From: Eremomyces bilateralis CBS 781.70 | Lineage: Eukaryota | Assembly: GCA_010015585.1 (NCBI GenBank) | Contig: ML975160.1 | Direction: 5' to 3' (one strand) | DNA: 64,000 nucleotides | Shown here: positions 33,203 to 47,160 of the stretch, in pieces | Position numbering within the stretch: the stretch's first letter is position 1 | Layout of the letters: each line of letters begins with the position of its first letter | The notes under the pieces: model-generated | The model's input: only the letters and a program-made list of their open reading frames with translations | What the model was told of the DNA's origin: nothing | Databases searched by the model: none | Translations under genes and position numbers: made by a program

Positions 33203-34292
33203 ACGACGCGAGACTGGAAGGCCGGAGACCGGTGTCTTTAGCGCAAGGCGGGCATAGGAACAGCGCAAGTGGATGTTAATAATGATTGCTGGATTGTAAT
33301 CCAATTATTATGACACAATATCTGCGCTATATTGTACGCAGTCTACTGCACAAAAGCACCAATCATAAAGGCTCGTTTTCATGGACATACTTATGGTATA
33401 TAGATTAATAATTTGGGAATGTACGATCCTTGCGGAAGACTGCTCTTCCCTTGCCTCGCTTCCTTGACCACGGGGCAAAGGGTTCCTCTTAAACGACATT
33501 GAACCTCCATTTCTTCCCCCAGCATAGGGGGTTCATTCCGGGGACTCATCATCGTGACCGGTAACGCAAGTCTTCCGCTTGGACGGCGGTGGATCTTTCC
33601 ACTAGATCCTCATTTGATGCCTCATTAGGAACAGCCCCATTGCAAATAGGTCATCCAGGATGATTTCCCAAGAGAGATTGATGGAATCTCTATTCAGGAG
33701 AGTGGGAGAGTATGGAGAGCTAGGCTGGAGCGGACAGGTAACCATTGAAACTTGAATGGATGGAGCAAAATGGATGCGACACACCTCGGCGATGCCTTGA
33801 AGCGTACCTGCACACTGTAATAAAGCTCTTGGAGGTGTCAAGGTGCTAATCGGATATGTGGCTTGTGACAACCAACATCGCCAACGGCAGGATCGACTGC
33901 CCCGTAGTCCACGGTCGGAGAGGAAAGTGTGCTCACAAAAGCCTTTTCTGACCTTAAACTCTTGAAACTAGTGTTTAGAGACTTTATCATAGAACTTGAT
34001 GCAGTGCCGTGTTGCCGCCAACTTCGAGCGGCAACTGTGCTAGATGTAGTTTAATTTGAGTACAGGTTGGGCGATGAGAGCAAGTTCGTCAAGGCCTCGC
34101 TATTTCGCTCCAGTAGAGAAAAGGTATTTGTGGCAGGACAGAGGCGTTCCGCAGGCGCAGGGAGGGGCCATTTTCCAATCTTTCATCATTATCCACGTAT
34201 GCGCAGCATTGCAGCATATCTTCCCCATTGCCTTGGCATACCCGATCAGTTCTGCGAAGGAAGCGAACGGTTGGCCCCTCAAATTGCTCTAG

Positions 34293-35913
34293 TTATCCGT
34301 CTAGCACTTCGAGCATTTCTTTTACGCTTGTCAACTTCTCCCTAGGTTTTCCCGACTTCTGGCCTCGCTCTTTCTCAACTTGATCAATCTTCCTCCATTC
34401 AGACCAGCTGACTGGTCTGCAGGCTGCCTTTTCGGCCGCCTCCCGAACGGCTTCCCATCCTGTCCTTGCGCCGTTTGGACTTGGATCCTCCAGCAAGCCT
34501 TGGTTCCAGTCCTCGACTATCGAGTCGGCTGTGGCGAATGCATCTTGCATGGTGCTAGCAATAACACCGACAGGTCCTCGTTTGACCCAACCAGCACAGT
34601 ACACCCCGCGGATGGCTGTAAAGGCTTCGTGATCGCTGGCAGATTCTCGAATTGCACGGCCAAGGCCGTCATTGATGATGATTCCTCTTCCCAGATCAAA
34701 TGAAACACCAAGATGGTCCATTCCCGGCAATGGCAGAGACTTGTACCCAACCGACCTGAAAGCTGCCGACGCAGGAATGTCATCACCGGGAACTAATGCT
34801 TGAACACGAGCACTCTTGTCGAGGGGATCAGCGCCTGATCTGAACTCATTTTTCATGAAAGATACACTGGCTAGCTGTTCTGCATTTCCTGGACTCGGAT
34901 GAAACGAAGTTGGAGACATGAGAAAGTCAAGGTCCCAATTCTTTGAGGATACATGATTCGTCGAGCCTTTCGCAAGGAGCTGCATAAGACGTTTCGATTG
35001 GCGAGGAAGTCTAGCTGGATCCTGGGGCAATAGATGCGGTGGTATAGAAGTGAACGATACCGAAGGCAGCTGAAGGAGTTCGCGGAGTTCTTTAATTGTG
35101 AATGACGCCTTTGGATATATTGTTAACATGGGATTCGGTGCCGGGTCATAGGCGTAACGGACGTACCTGCATTGGGCCTCGTCTGCCGACAACTTTCACG
35201 CTTCTTATCCGACTCCGTGATAACGTGTCAATGGCGTTTTCCGCCATATCAGTCCCTCGTAACTGATCTGGGGGGGTGAGCAATACCCTGGCCACGTCCA
35301 GAGCGACATTACCCTGACCTATCACCACCGCTTGTTCGCCATTGTCAAGCCGTGGATTCAGGTCAGCGAACTCCGGGAGGCCATTATACCAACCGACGAA
35401 TTCGCGGGCAGAATAGATCCCATTCAGGTGCTCTCCCGGGATGTCGAGCTTATTGTCTTTCGCAGCCCCATAAGCAAAGACGATGGCATCATAGTGTGGT
35501 GCTAAAGCTGATAGGGAGATCTGATGGCCAACATCTACGTTGCCGATGAAGTTGAACCGGGCCGAATCGGCCACTTCTTCAAATTTGTCCTGGCAATTCT
35601 TGACTTCTGGGTGGTCTGGTGCAACGCCATATCGGACCAGACCAAATGGCACCGGAAGATGTTCATACATATCAATGACAGAAGACTCAATTCTCTGCAT
35701 CACCCGATAAGCAGTATAGAAGCCTGCCGGGCCCGAGCCAATGATGGCTGCTCGAAATGGCCTTTGCGTGGCCGAACTGTATGCTCTTGAGGACGCATGC
35801 CGGTGGAACTGTGCGATGAAACGAGAGCAGTATGAGAAACCCTTAAGCTGGGCAACCTTTGATGTTGGCCTCCACAGCCATTGTCTGGCTACTCGTGATA
35901 GACGTGATTCCAT
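34293..35913 (-). CDS. ARH1: Mitochondrial NADPH:adrenodoxin (ferredoxin) oxidoreductase; exons 35913-35167, 35108-34293
   Basis: Presequence; IIGSGPAGFY, PFGLVRYGVAPDHPEVKN, GQGNVALDVAR, GRRGPMQ|ASFTIKELREL, GWVKRGPVGVIASTM. Confidence 0.95.
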
Positions 35914-36504
35914 CGTTAATCTAGCTCTTCTAAAGAATGAAGAAGACGTCGATTCGAGATAAGAAAGAAGGATCAACCACACACGAAAACAGACCTATCA
36001 ACACCGGCCATGAAGCGCGCATTACCATAAATAGTCTGCCACTTTTGAAGCCATCGAATATTGAAATATAACTAACTGACGCGACATTGACAGGAGCTGG
36101 AGAAACGAAACACTCGGAGTCACTGATGACTCCAGTGAGGTTTAGTTCCGACAGGGGTTTGGGTGTGGCTCCTGTGGCTGGAGAATAAAAAGTGGCTGGA
36201 GGGACCCGACGAAACGGAAGGCACGACCGGATCCCTGCAACGCCAAGATTTCGCGGTTTCTGTGACATCGCGAAATCTCGAAATCTCGAAATTTTGAGAT
36301 GGCGATGCTCCAAAATTTCTGTCTTGTCCGTCATAACTATAACCTACGGCCACAACACTATTTCTTGTACACGCTGTTACCTCGGTTCTGAGCGTTTGCC
36401 CTGATGTATATTCTTGGATAGTTGTAGTTGTCATTCGACTGCTACCGAAAGATTCGCGTTGAGCCTCTCGTTCAACCACCGCAGAATCCTTGAATTGGCC
36501 CAAT

Positions 36505-39500
36505 ATGCCGAGCTCACTCCAACAGCAGCTCGCGCAAATTGCGCAGAACTCTACCCGCCAACTTGACCTAAAGGCTCAGAAAGTTGGCCATTCCAAATCT
36601 TTCCTGTTCGAGCCGAAAGTCGCCGCGAAACAGGACTTCAACACTATCTTCCAAATATGCATAGAAGGCTTCGAAGAGATATGCGCCCTGGACAGGACTT
36701 TTGGAGAGTACCGGGAGACCCTCTTTAGCGAACAAAGCAAGGTCGAGGATCGAACACAAATGAATGCGGAAGAACAGTCTCAATTGAATGAGACCTTGGC
36801 GACATTTTTGATCCGGATATCATCAAAGCTGTTACTCAAGCCAGGTCTAAAATGCGTCGAGTGGCTCGTGAGGCGATTCAGGTACAGCATACTGGTTATT
36901 TGTATAATATGGCGCTAACATGCAATAGGGTCCACGAGTACAACACTGAACGGTTACTGTTCGCATTTCTCCCCTACTTCGAATCTCCCATATTTCCCCT
37001 GGTCCTATCTATAATACCCGAAAGGAATTTATCCGAGCCCGTACGATTCCTCTATCCATACATCCAAGCCCGAGAAAATCCCCGTATGACTGCGATCCAA
37101 TACACAGCTGCAAATAACCGCTCTTTCTTCAGAACACTGAATAACTATGTGTTGGAGGTCGTCAAGACCGGATATCACTTCCCCACACTGCTCTCTTTCT
37201 GGACCTGCGTCATAGTCCACGGGATTGATGGAAGACTCGAATCCGCAAGAGCTGGGGTCGAGAATGTTCGCCGACAGAAGCAGGAGGACGCCCTTCTTGA
37301 AATTATACCGGTGTTGAACGAAGGCTTCGCGTTGACTCACGCGCCCGACATGATCCTGGCGTGCATTATGATTACAACCGTCCTAGCCTCCAAATCGGCG
37401 CCTGGAGACAAAGTCATCAAGCCGCTGATGTCTGCCGTTGTCGGAGCAAGTACCGAAGATGTGCTAGATGAGAGTTTGATGTGCTTGGTGGTCCTTGCAG
37501 AAGAAATTGAGTCGGAGAAAGTACCGAAATCGGTAATGAAGTTCATACTCGAAACAGATGCGCCTTTGCAGAGCATTCACCGGATTTCGGAGCAAGCTAG
37601 CGTTGACAAGTTTGTGCATGCCTGCATCACCACCGCCCTTGCAAATCCCGACGGACGCTGGATAAACCGAGTTGTTCCTTTCTTCCAGGAGTTGGTGGAG
37701 TCGCATTCAATATCACCCCGCGCTGTCAAGAACAGCCTTTCTCTCCTTATCAACGCTGTGAGGACATCTGGAAGACCAGATGGGAACACCGAGCTTTGCC
37801 AGCAGGTCGGACAGAGCATGCGCCACATAGCGCAAGAACCTTCGGGGGTCGAAATGATCAGGAATTGCGCGGAGTCACAAGGTCTGAGCGTCGGGGAGAT
37901 CGAGCAGGCTACACTCACGCAAATTCTCGGCGATGCTGCCGAAGTCGTTGAGATGGAGGTTGACCCCTTACCCATTGAGGCCCAAGCCGCACTACCCAGC
38001 GATGAACTCTCTGAAAGGCTTGCAAGCGTCCCAGAGGCGAACACCCGATCATTCCTGTCAACCTACAGCTCGGAAACGCTCGATACCTTTGAGGCACTCT
38101 TTCAACAGGTCTACACGGATAGCGATCGGCTTCAGCAACTCTGTGAGGCCCCGTTGTTTTGGCCCAATGACGAATTGAACAACATGCTGTTCATCACCTT
38201 CCTTATCCGGATATGGACTGGAAAAATGCATCCGTCTTGCAAGCAAGCTGCCCTTGCGGTCGGGAAGTTGTGGCTGTCTAGTTCTGCACATCTCGGAAAC
38301 TCTGTGCAGATCGTGGTTCCGTATCTGCTACTCGCACTCACCGATTCGTCCAGGATTGTTCGAGAAGCCGCTGCTGCATTTCTTAAGGACCTGGCCGATA
38401 CATACACTTATTTGTCGTCGGCCAAGGCATCAACAATGGTTGCCCCTTGGACGTTTGATGCAGTGTATAGTCGGTCCCAATCAGCTTGGTCGTCGCTTTC
38501 TACGGAAGAAGCTTCGAAGCTCCTTAACGACCAACTCGTACCAATGCTTGAGGAATGCATCCTAGATCGGGATCTTATTTCGAACGCTCTGATCTCTATC
38601 TTTGGAAGGCAATCCGAGCCGAGCCATAGTCCGAGGCTCAAGCCTGCACATCTCGCCGCCACATATAACTTCCTCAGCAGCCACGCGGTTGCGACGCCAC
38701 TCCTACACATTCGGACAAAGCTTCTCCAATTCCTGCGAAACCCGGGTAAGCCGGGCATAACCGCTCATAAGTCCGTTATCCAACCGGCTTTGAGGCAATG
38801 GGTTGAGCTCGCCCCCTCCGCCGTGAGTGCCGTGGAAGAAGAACAGGGGTCGAGCGTCCCAGAGCTTTCCGACGCCTATTTTGCTACGGTGCCATTCCGA
38901 GACCCGACTGCGCTAGCTTTCCTTCTGGAGCTCATCCGGCCAACGTCTCGACTGCGGCCAGACACAGCAGCGGCCGTTTTCGAGCGCATCAAGACTCTTT
39001 GGAGAGAGATGTCCGATTCGGTGAAAGGTGGATTCGCAAATGCAATGTTCGAGTTGATCATTACCGAGGATGTGCAGACTCCAGAGTTGCCAGCCCATGC
39101 TTACGAGAAGTTCCAATCGCTGTCCATCCCCACCGTCGTGATATTGGACCTTGTGGAGAGTTTACTACGTCATTCAGAGACTCCATCTGGCCAACATCGA
39201 AGGAAGAGAGCTCGGCTTAGCGACGGTGATGGTGCCCGACAGTCTCACTCCGAGACCAGCACTGTGTTGAGGAAGTTTAGCTTTGTCCTCGAATACTTAC
39301 ATAGCTCGTTGGCCAATATGGAAGCTTCCACCACCGAGCTCCTAGGTCTACTCAAAGCTTTGTTTTCCGTGTTGGATGAGCTCTTAGCGTTATCATCCAC
39401 TGTCCACTCCGATCTCGTCTTCCTACAGGTCCTGACCATGGACAGTCTCAAGGGGATTGTCGAGCGGCTTTCGGATCGGAAGTTCAAGCTGGACGATCCA

Positions 39501-42006
39501 AGCTCCGTGCGAATGGACACGCTTGTCAATTGCTTGCGAAAATCGTCCAACCCGCAGGTGCAAACGAATGCACTTGTTCTTGTTACCCATCTTGCGTCAT
39601 GGAATCCAGAGGTGGTCCTGCAAAACGTCATGCCCATATTCACGTTCATGGGACATACGATCTTGAGACAAAGCGACGAGTTCTCTGCTCACGTCATCAA
39701 GCAGATTCTGCGTCAGATCGTTCCACCGTTGGTCATCTCTCTCCAGAGATCTAACGTGGGGATCGTGCAGGGCGCCTCGAGCCTTTTGCACAGCTTTACA
39801 GCAGCATTCGAGCATATTCCATTGCATAGACGCCTAGATCTGTTTCAAAATCTAGCCTTGAATCTTGGTCCCGCCGAATCACTCCATGCAATCATTGCAA
39901 TGCTTGCAGAGAAGTATCCACAAGATGAAACAGTGTATTCATTCTGTTCTTCACTTCTAGCACGCGTTGGTCCATATCAAGCATTGGAGGTGAGTAATTT
40001 GCATAGACACCTGTATGGTAAAGTACAAGCTAACATACTGCAGACGATTGGACGCTACACAAAGCTGCTTTGTGACGCTGCTATGCATCAGCCCGGAGAC
40101 TTGGAGGCGATTCTGGCCATCAAAGGAAAGACGAATGAAGAGTTCGACTCTACCCTTGTTGGCCTACTCCATATGCTGAGTGCTCTGGTCGACAATGAGA
40201 GCTTCCGTGCTCGTCTGAAAAAGAGCGGCAAACCAGTGTCCGGCCAGCATGAGATTTTCTCTGATCTCATTACGGATGCAATCAAGCTCAACCAGGCATG
40301 TCGACGCAGCACAGATGTGTCCACGGCTTGCAGCAAAGCGCTCGCAGGAGTTTTCCGACTTCTGCCAACCGGTGACCTCATCAAGTCTGCTGACATGTTG
40401 CTGCAGAGGGCCAAGGAAGATAGCGACGGTGCTGAAATTCTGCCGATCCTCTTCCGTAGCATCGATGCGCAAGTGAGGCGGCTGAACCAATCCGATCGCA
40501 GCTCAAGTCGCTCGCTGGTGGCCTTCGTGCCGAAGATCGCGACAATTATCTCCATGGAATCCGTGCAGTCAAAGACGTACGCCATTGCTTGCATCGATCA
40601 GATCATTCGAAGGTTCGGCAAGATGAGCCCAGACGCTGTCGCCAGTGCTGCTCAGGTGATTGCTGGAAAGGATGCACTGGGACTTGCGAATCCCAAAGTA
40701 CGAACAGCTGCTCTTTTGTGCCTGTCCTCGTGCGTTGAGGTTCTCCGTGATGACTTCATCTCTTTGGCGCCCGAGGTCCTGTCGGCATTACATCAGTATT
40801 TGAAAGCGGATGGCAACGAGCCAAACTCGCTGTTTGTTCCGGGCTACATGCTTCTTATCTCTCTTTGCGAGCACGCTGCCTTCTTGTTTGCCGGCAGTAT
40901 CCTTGACAAAATCTTGGGTCTGGTTCATGCCTCGTCCGCTGCGTCACTTACGAAAGAAGAGGTCGATATGCGGCAGCATTTCTTGGAAGTCTTGTCTCAG
41001 CGTGTGGATGCAAGAGAACTGTTCCAAGCGATAGATCGCACAATGAATGACGCCATGAGCTCAAATCTGGAGGTAAGTTTTCGTTTATTTGACACTGGTA
41101 GTTCCCTGCTGACGAATTTAGGCAACGACACTGCAGTTGGGTCTGCTTCAGACGACTTTACAGCATCATCCAAATGCGATAGCTATCAAGAATAGCGCTG
41201 TGCTCTTCAGCATTCTTCTGAAGGCATTCAACCTTCGCGCTAGTCGTTCTAGAAACACCCGTCCCGCGGAGATCCAGAAGCTTGAAAATCTGGCTGTCGA
41301 CGTGGCTATGGACATGACCATGAAAGTCAATGATTCGACATTCCGTCCGTTCTTCTCACAGATGATCGAATGGGGCAATGCCCCGCTCGAGGGCGACGAG
41401 GTTCGGATTGCACGGTGGACAACGGTCTTCCGATTCATTGAGACCCTCTTCGCGAGTTTGAAGAGTCTCATGACCTCTTACGCAAGCTATATTCTCGAAC
41501 CGGTATCCAAGCTTTTAGAGATTGCCCCGATAAACACGGATGAAGGAGCCACTTTGGTCAAGGCCGTGATGCAAGCTCTCCAAAGGAATCTGGAACATGA
41601 CCAGGATGACTTCTGGCAAGCGCCCGCCCATTTCAAAGAGCTCATGAATCCGCTTCTCGATCTTTTCACCCGGGCACCACCGAGCATTTTGAACGAGGAT
41701 GTCATTCCTACTGTTGTTGAGTTGGCTGTTACGGCGGCCTCTCCGGACCATCATAAAGAGATCAACTCCCGTCTGATCCAGCATCTGCGGTCAATCCTGA
41801 TCGTTCCGAGACTTGCGGCGGTCAAGTGCGAGCAAGCACTGACTGAAAGGCTAGGAGAGGAGTGGCTGTTGTTGCTGGCTGAGCTGTTGCCGGTGATCAG
41901 TGAACTGCAGGAGGATGACAATGAGACGGTTGAGAAGGAGACGGTTCGGTGGATCAAGATGACTTCAGGGATCCTCGGGGAGGATTTGGATGCCATGTTG
42001 AGATGA
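36505..42006 (+). CDS. UTP10: U3 snoRNA-associated protein 10 (HEAT repeat, BP28CT domain); exons 36505-36881, 36929-39989, 40044-41072, 41122-42006
   Basis: SSLQQQLAQI...SFLFEPK.AA, EWLVRRFR|VHEYN, VMPIFTFMG..ILRQSDEFS, FEHIPLHRRL.LF, KVNDSTFRPFF, LLPVISELQEDD...VE. Confidence 0.95.
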
Positions 42007-42975
42007 TAACTCAATCCATACCAATCCAGTTCGGTATCGTATGAAACTGAAATTCCTTCATGAATCATGATCCTTAGGTATATCGATGGCTCTTGTTTGG
42101 TCCTTGCTGTTGATTCCCATGTGCTTTTCTTTCACGGGACAGCCATGAGTTCATCCATTGGGTTGTTTTGCTTTCCTCACACGCGGCAACCCTTCCAGAT
42201 TCCACTCGATTCTGAGATTCTGCGTGTACCCGTGTTCTTAATACGTTTCTCACTAAATTCGACCGACTCTCACTCTTGTTTTCTCTCTCGCGCAATCATA
42301 ACTTACACCCCGCCTGATTGAGAAGGTTGACTGAACTAATACCATCTCAGTAAGTGACAAGTCATCGATTAAAATTCCTCCATTCTAGCACTTATGGCTG
42401 AAATCAGCACACCCTATGATTTCGCCCGGACAGAAGCCTCCTATTCTACGTTGCTAGATCCTCTTCGCCCATACCACACCGTCACTCCCTTTTATTGTGC
42501 CAGATACAACTATCTGCTTGTTTTGATTCCGCTTCGCGATGCACCATGGCTTGTTTGATATCACTTTAGCAACGGGCATATTTTAGCCGTCTCCGGGTCC
42601 GCTATTACGGGCCCTTCATTTCTTTCGTTTCCAATTATTACACTCAAATAACCTTTTTTGTTTTTTCTTCTACCATTCGATGTCATCGGACCTCCTAGTG
42701 GCCAACTCCTTCCGAGACGTCTACACCATCCTTGACAGTTAGTGACGGTCTTCCGTCAGCCGTGTAGTTATTACGCCCTGCACCCGAATTTCATAGGCGT
42801 GCTTTAGGTCTGGAGCTCCATTTGATAATTTGAAAGAACATCACTGACCGAGCTACAGACCGTCAATCCGAAGCTGAAATCAATGAACGACTGCTTGCGT
42901 TTGTGAAGCGGATCGACATGGGAGGGCTAATTACCCCATATACATTCACTCATTGACCACCTAATCGAGACTGAC

Positions 42976-43848
42976 ATGCACGAGATTCCCTTTGTCTCTT
43001 GGGACGAGCCGGAAGAAGAACCACCAACCACCAAGGATTCCGATCTTCCCGATAATTCTCGTGGTCAAGCACCCAGAGATGTTCAGGGTGATTCCGTTCC
43101 TACTCCAGCGGGAGTGCGTCAAGGTGCTCTCCACCTGCCCATGACTCAAGGTAGTGCTCAGGAAGACGATGTCCCATTCTTCAATTGGGACGACGAAGAT
43201 GTTGACATGAGAGGTAAGTAACATCTCGTAGTGAAAGCTATTTCCATTCGTTCTAACCATGTGATTCTGCAGGCCAATCCAACTTTCCTGGCCACGCAAC
43301 CTAGCTCCGCTACTGCCCCCAGCTCTGCTACTGCTCCCATCAACTCGATTTCAAACGAGGACATGGAGATGATTGCGACCCATCGAGTCAATATGGAGAA
43401 GGCCATCAAAGAACAGGTGAATTATGAACGAGAGGCGCAACAGCGTCGAGAGAGTGTGCGCCGTGAAGCCAATCGATTGCCAAGCCAGGAAGCTTACCAG
43501 GCACGTACACGGCAATTGGCAGTTGAATACGAAGCGGCAGAATAGTACTATAAGAATGCGGTGGCCAAGCATGAAGAGGCGAGAGCGCTTATGCTGGCCA
43601 AAAAACGTGAGCAACATTAGCATTTAGCTAGGCAACTTGCAGGACACCCAGGATTGAAGAAAGCCGAGGAAGAGAAGGATGCGTGCGCATTCTACGTCAG
43701 GTTATCAAAGGAGAGGATGGCTGCGGTAGGCCGCCAGCTTCAAATAAATTTTAGAAAGACCTATGAAGAGGAGGTTTCGAGAGCGGCCACAGCTGTTGGG
43801 CATCCTGAGTACGAGGCTCCGCCGATCGACTACTCGTGCAGGTTTTAA
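42976..43848 (+). pseudogene. Interrupted orphan coiled-coil gene (two in-frame TAG codons; putative intron does not restore frame)
   Basis: The frame from 43273 to TAA at 43846-43848 reads as one helical protein apart from TAG at 43543 and 43618; upstream acidic ORF 42976-43221; GTAAGT(43214)...CTAAC...CAG(43272) is 59 nt. Confidence 0.5.
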
Positions 43849-44953
43849 GGTTGACCAGAAAGCCTGTTGAAAAAGGATCAGACGGTATCCCACCAGCTAT
43901 GTCGAGCCTGATCATGAGTATTGTTGGCACGGGCGGATGAAGGGAATGGGACACAAATTGCAACTGTACTTTATAGCCACATGGCTCTAAAAAGTGCATT
44001 AGGATGTAATTTGCCTCATTGATGCATCTCGTGGACCTAGATACGCAGTATGCCGAGAGTGTCGATGTAATTAATAGTAGACATAGATCCTGTCATTCGA
44101 ACTCGGGTAACAAATGCTGAAGCCGGTATGAACTATTTAGTCCGGCAGGACTTGACTACAATGTATCTAGCCAGACTTCAGGAGCTTTAAGTTTCGACTC
44201 TGATATTCTTCACTAGCAAGAAGGGTACGAACACCGCCAGTTTTCTAAGAACCGGGCTGTAGAAGGTCAGTCGCGAACGGAAGGGACTGAAAACCCTCAG
44301 TACCGCTGTCGCCGAATGGCAATAACCCATGAGAGTATTTTCAATATCAAATGAGAACCAAGTCCACTGATTTATCCCGAGCGGTAGATACTGCCGTTGT
44401 CCTGTGTTGTGATATTATCGACTTAGATGCTGGTTGACCGATATTGCTCCCGGAGCCCGGTCTCATGGAGGGAGAGGATAGGCCACTGTTTCAGTATCGT
44501 ACTTTATGCAATATTTTGTTACGCTCTATTGTATCAAGCTGATGTAAGTGCAAGTAAGGACTTATTTCTTCGGTGATCTGCTTGGTCTGCTTGTTCACCT
44601 TGGAACATAGGGGTCAAAGAAGTCCGCCAGGTTCTATCAAGCTAGAGTATATTAAGATAATGTTAAGTGAATGAACGACTAATGAAGTGATAAGGATGCC
44701 TCAGATTCTTTGGAAGGGCCGTGAATGCCGTTTGTGAATTCGAATTTTCAGTAATAGATAGTGAAATATGCCTACCTTCGAGAAATCAGTCACCGACGAT
44801 AAAGTTCCACCACCAGCTTTACTCCATTTATTTCCAAAGCAGTCTCACAGCTGCAGGCCCATGGTCAGGAACCCTTAAGTCAAACCAAATAACTGTGTCT
44901 AGACTGTGGATAGTACAAAGCCTCTATCAAATCCAGAAAGCTGACACCTCAAC

Positions 44954-45515
44954 ATGACGATGGGAAGTGAGAGACCACGAAAGAAGCGAAGGACCGACGT
45001 CCAGAGTGACGGTAGGCAGATCCCATCCATTAAATATTAACACATTGCTGACTAGAGCTCGAGCAGTATCTGCCACTCCTTACCACGTCGAGCGCCCGTT
45101 CACTCGAGGATCGGCGCGGAGGCAAGCCGCCCAAATTGATGAAGAAAAGTCCAGCGACAACCAAGATTTCGAGAAGATGCTTTCCCTGTACGATCGCTCC
45201 ATGCGAGAGCTGAAATTTGAGCTATACAAAGACATTCTACTCATCCTCGATCGAATGATCGGCCGTCGTCAAGACCTGGCCTCCGATTTGTGCGACGAGA
45301 AGCAACATGACGAGGCAAAGAAAGTCAAGGCTGAGATCACGATCCTAGAAGACGAGTATGTGCAGGCGAAGTATGCATATGATATGTACAAAGAGAATGA
45401 AGGACAACTGGCGGAGAAGAAGGAGTTGTTGATAATTGGGGGCATCCCGCAGATCTTCGCTGACATTGCGCTGGATGCAAGGAACAGGGATGATGGGGAC
45501 TGGGGAATTCTGTGA
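44954..45515 (+). CDS. Small orphan protein with a basic NLS-like motif and helical C-terminal region; exons 44954-45011, 45067-45515
   Basis: MTMGSERPRKKRRTDVQSD, then phase-1 intron GTAGGC...GCTGAC...CAG joining in frame to the ORF ending at 45515. Confidence 0.55.
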
Positions 45516-47160
45516 TGTCGAATGAAACCTGTATGCTGCTTAGAGAAAGGAGCAATCTCGCTATTGGTGCGTAAAATGCTCGGGAACAAGTAAATTCTGT
45601 GCTGTTTCGGAGCAGGGGATACTTTCTCAGACGAATTCTTCGGTCACAGTTCTAACTCTTAGGAGTCATATCACCAATCCATGATACTTCGTCACTTCGG
45701 CTTGTTTGGAAGCGCCCCGGGAGATGGCATGGAAAAGATAAGTATCATTTGGCCGGCCGGGTTTGAGTTCGGAGTGACTGTTCCTGTACAAATATCAAAC
45801 CGTCTCTGTAGACTATTAGAGCCGGAATTCACAAGAACCTATATAACGATTAGCCGGGCAACTCGATCTGGGTTCTTATATATCTTTCAGGACTAACAGT
45901 ATAGCCACTCCATTTCGTGCCATGTGAGGGACCCTGGTGATTGTGATTTACGCTCAACTATCGATACAATCGCTCTTCAGAATCATAGGAGTCAGCTGCA
46001 CCACTGACATGCACTGAACTATAGGCCCCTTAATAATAGCAATGGTAGAAATGGGAATTATAGTTGCCTTATTGAATGGGGACAACGTAACTCAAGTGTC
46101 CCTTCCTCAAACATATAGGTATAATTCTCAGCTCGTCTCCTTTACGAATACCGTCAGACCACTGAGTCTTTGCCCCACACCCTCGACACAATTTCGACGT
46201 AATGTAGTAAACTGCCCTGCATATTTCCACAGTTGAAGTTAGGGCCTCCTTTTCTTAATATAGCTGAGCTCTAATTTGAACAATGAATCACCTTGAATGG
46301 CTTTATAAACTTTCCCGCCGCCTCAGCAGTATACCGGGCCAATAGTCTGCAAAGCCTCGTACACAGGCGAGGTCAGCAACTCCATGCCGCTTCCGCAGTT
46401 CTAACCGTCTTCCAAGAATGAATTCCTCGCGTGACTCTAGATGAGTACCGGCATACATGCTCGAATTGCCTCCGACAGACATATATACTCCATGCTGCGA
46501 TAGGCACGAAGGGTAGACTAAGACGGAGGAAAACATGATTTCCAACCAAGAGCAGAAGCGGATGCGGGAGTTGTTGCAGCTGCATTATGGACAACAGGGG
46601 ATTTCCACTGTCGACATGAGGGAGAAATAGAATCAACAAGAAAGGGGACAGCTCTAAGACGGACAGTGATTGAGGGTCAATAGCCGAGCTTTAGCTGAGG
46701 ACGAAAAATGCCGAACGAAGGAACTATAGAGACAACTTTGAACATCCACAGATCCTTCACTTGCCTAGTTCCGCTCTGGGTCGTCTGCTCAGTTGCTGTC
46801 ATTGGCCTTGGTATCATTCAGTAATATATTAATACTGCGCGAACAACGAAACGGTTAGAAGTGACGATAGCAGTGACGATCGCAATACGACTCTCACCTC
46901 CACTATACCGTGGGAAAAGGACTCCGACCAAGTCGAAAAGGTGATTCATGAATCTTGTTTATATTCCACCCCAGGCCCGATCGCGCCAGATTATATATCC
47001 ATGAGCCGACGATACCGCCGACCCAGCTACGAAAAACGCTCAAATAAACATTAAACAGCAAGATATTCGGTGGTTGTCCTTTCCTTCGCTACACGCAAAA
47101 CCGATCCGTCCCAAATTTCAGCATATTTCTCATCATCGTCAACGCGCTAGGCGACAGCCT

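Noticed and set aside
42100..47000. Transposon or Starship element in the gene-poor stretch
   Set aside because: No transposase, reverse transcriptase or tyrosine recombinase ORF, and no terminal repeats found.
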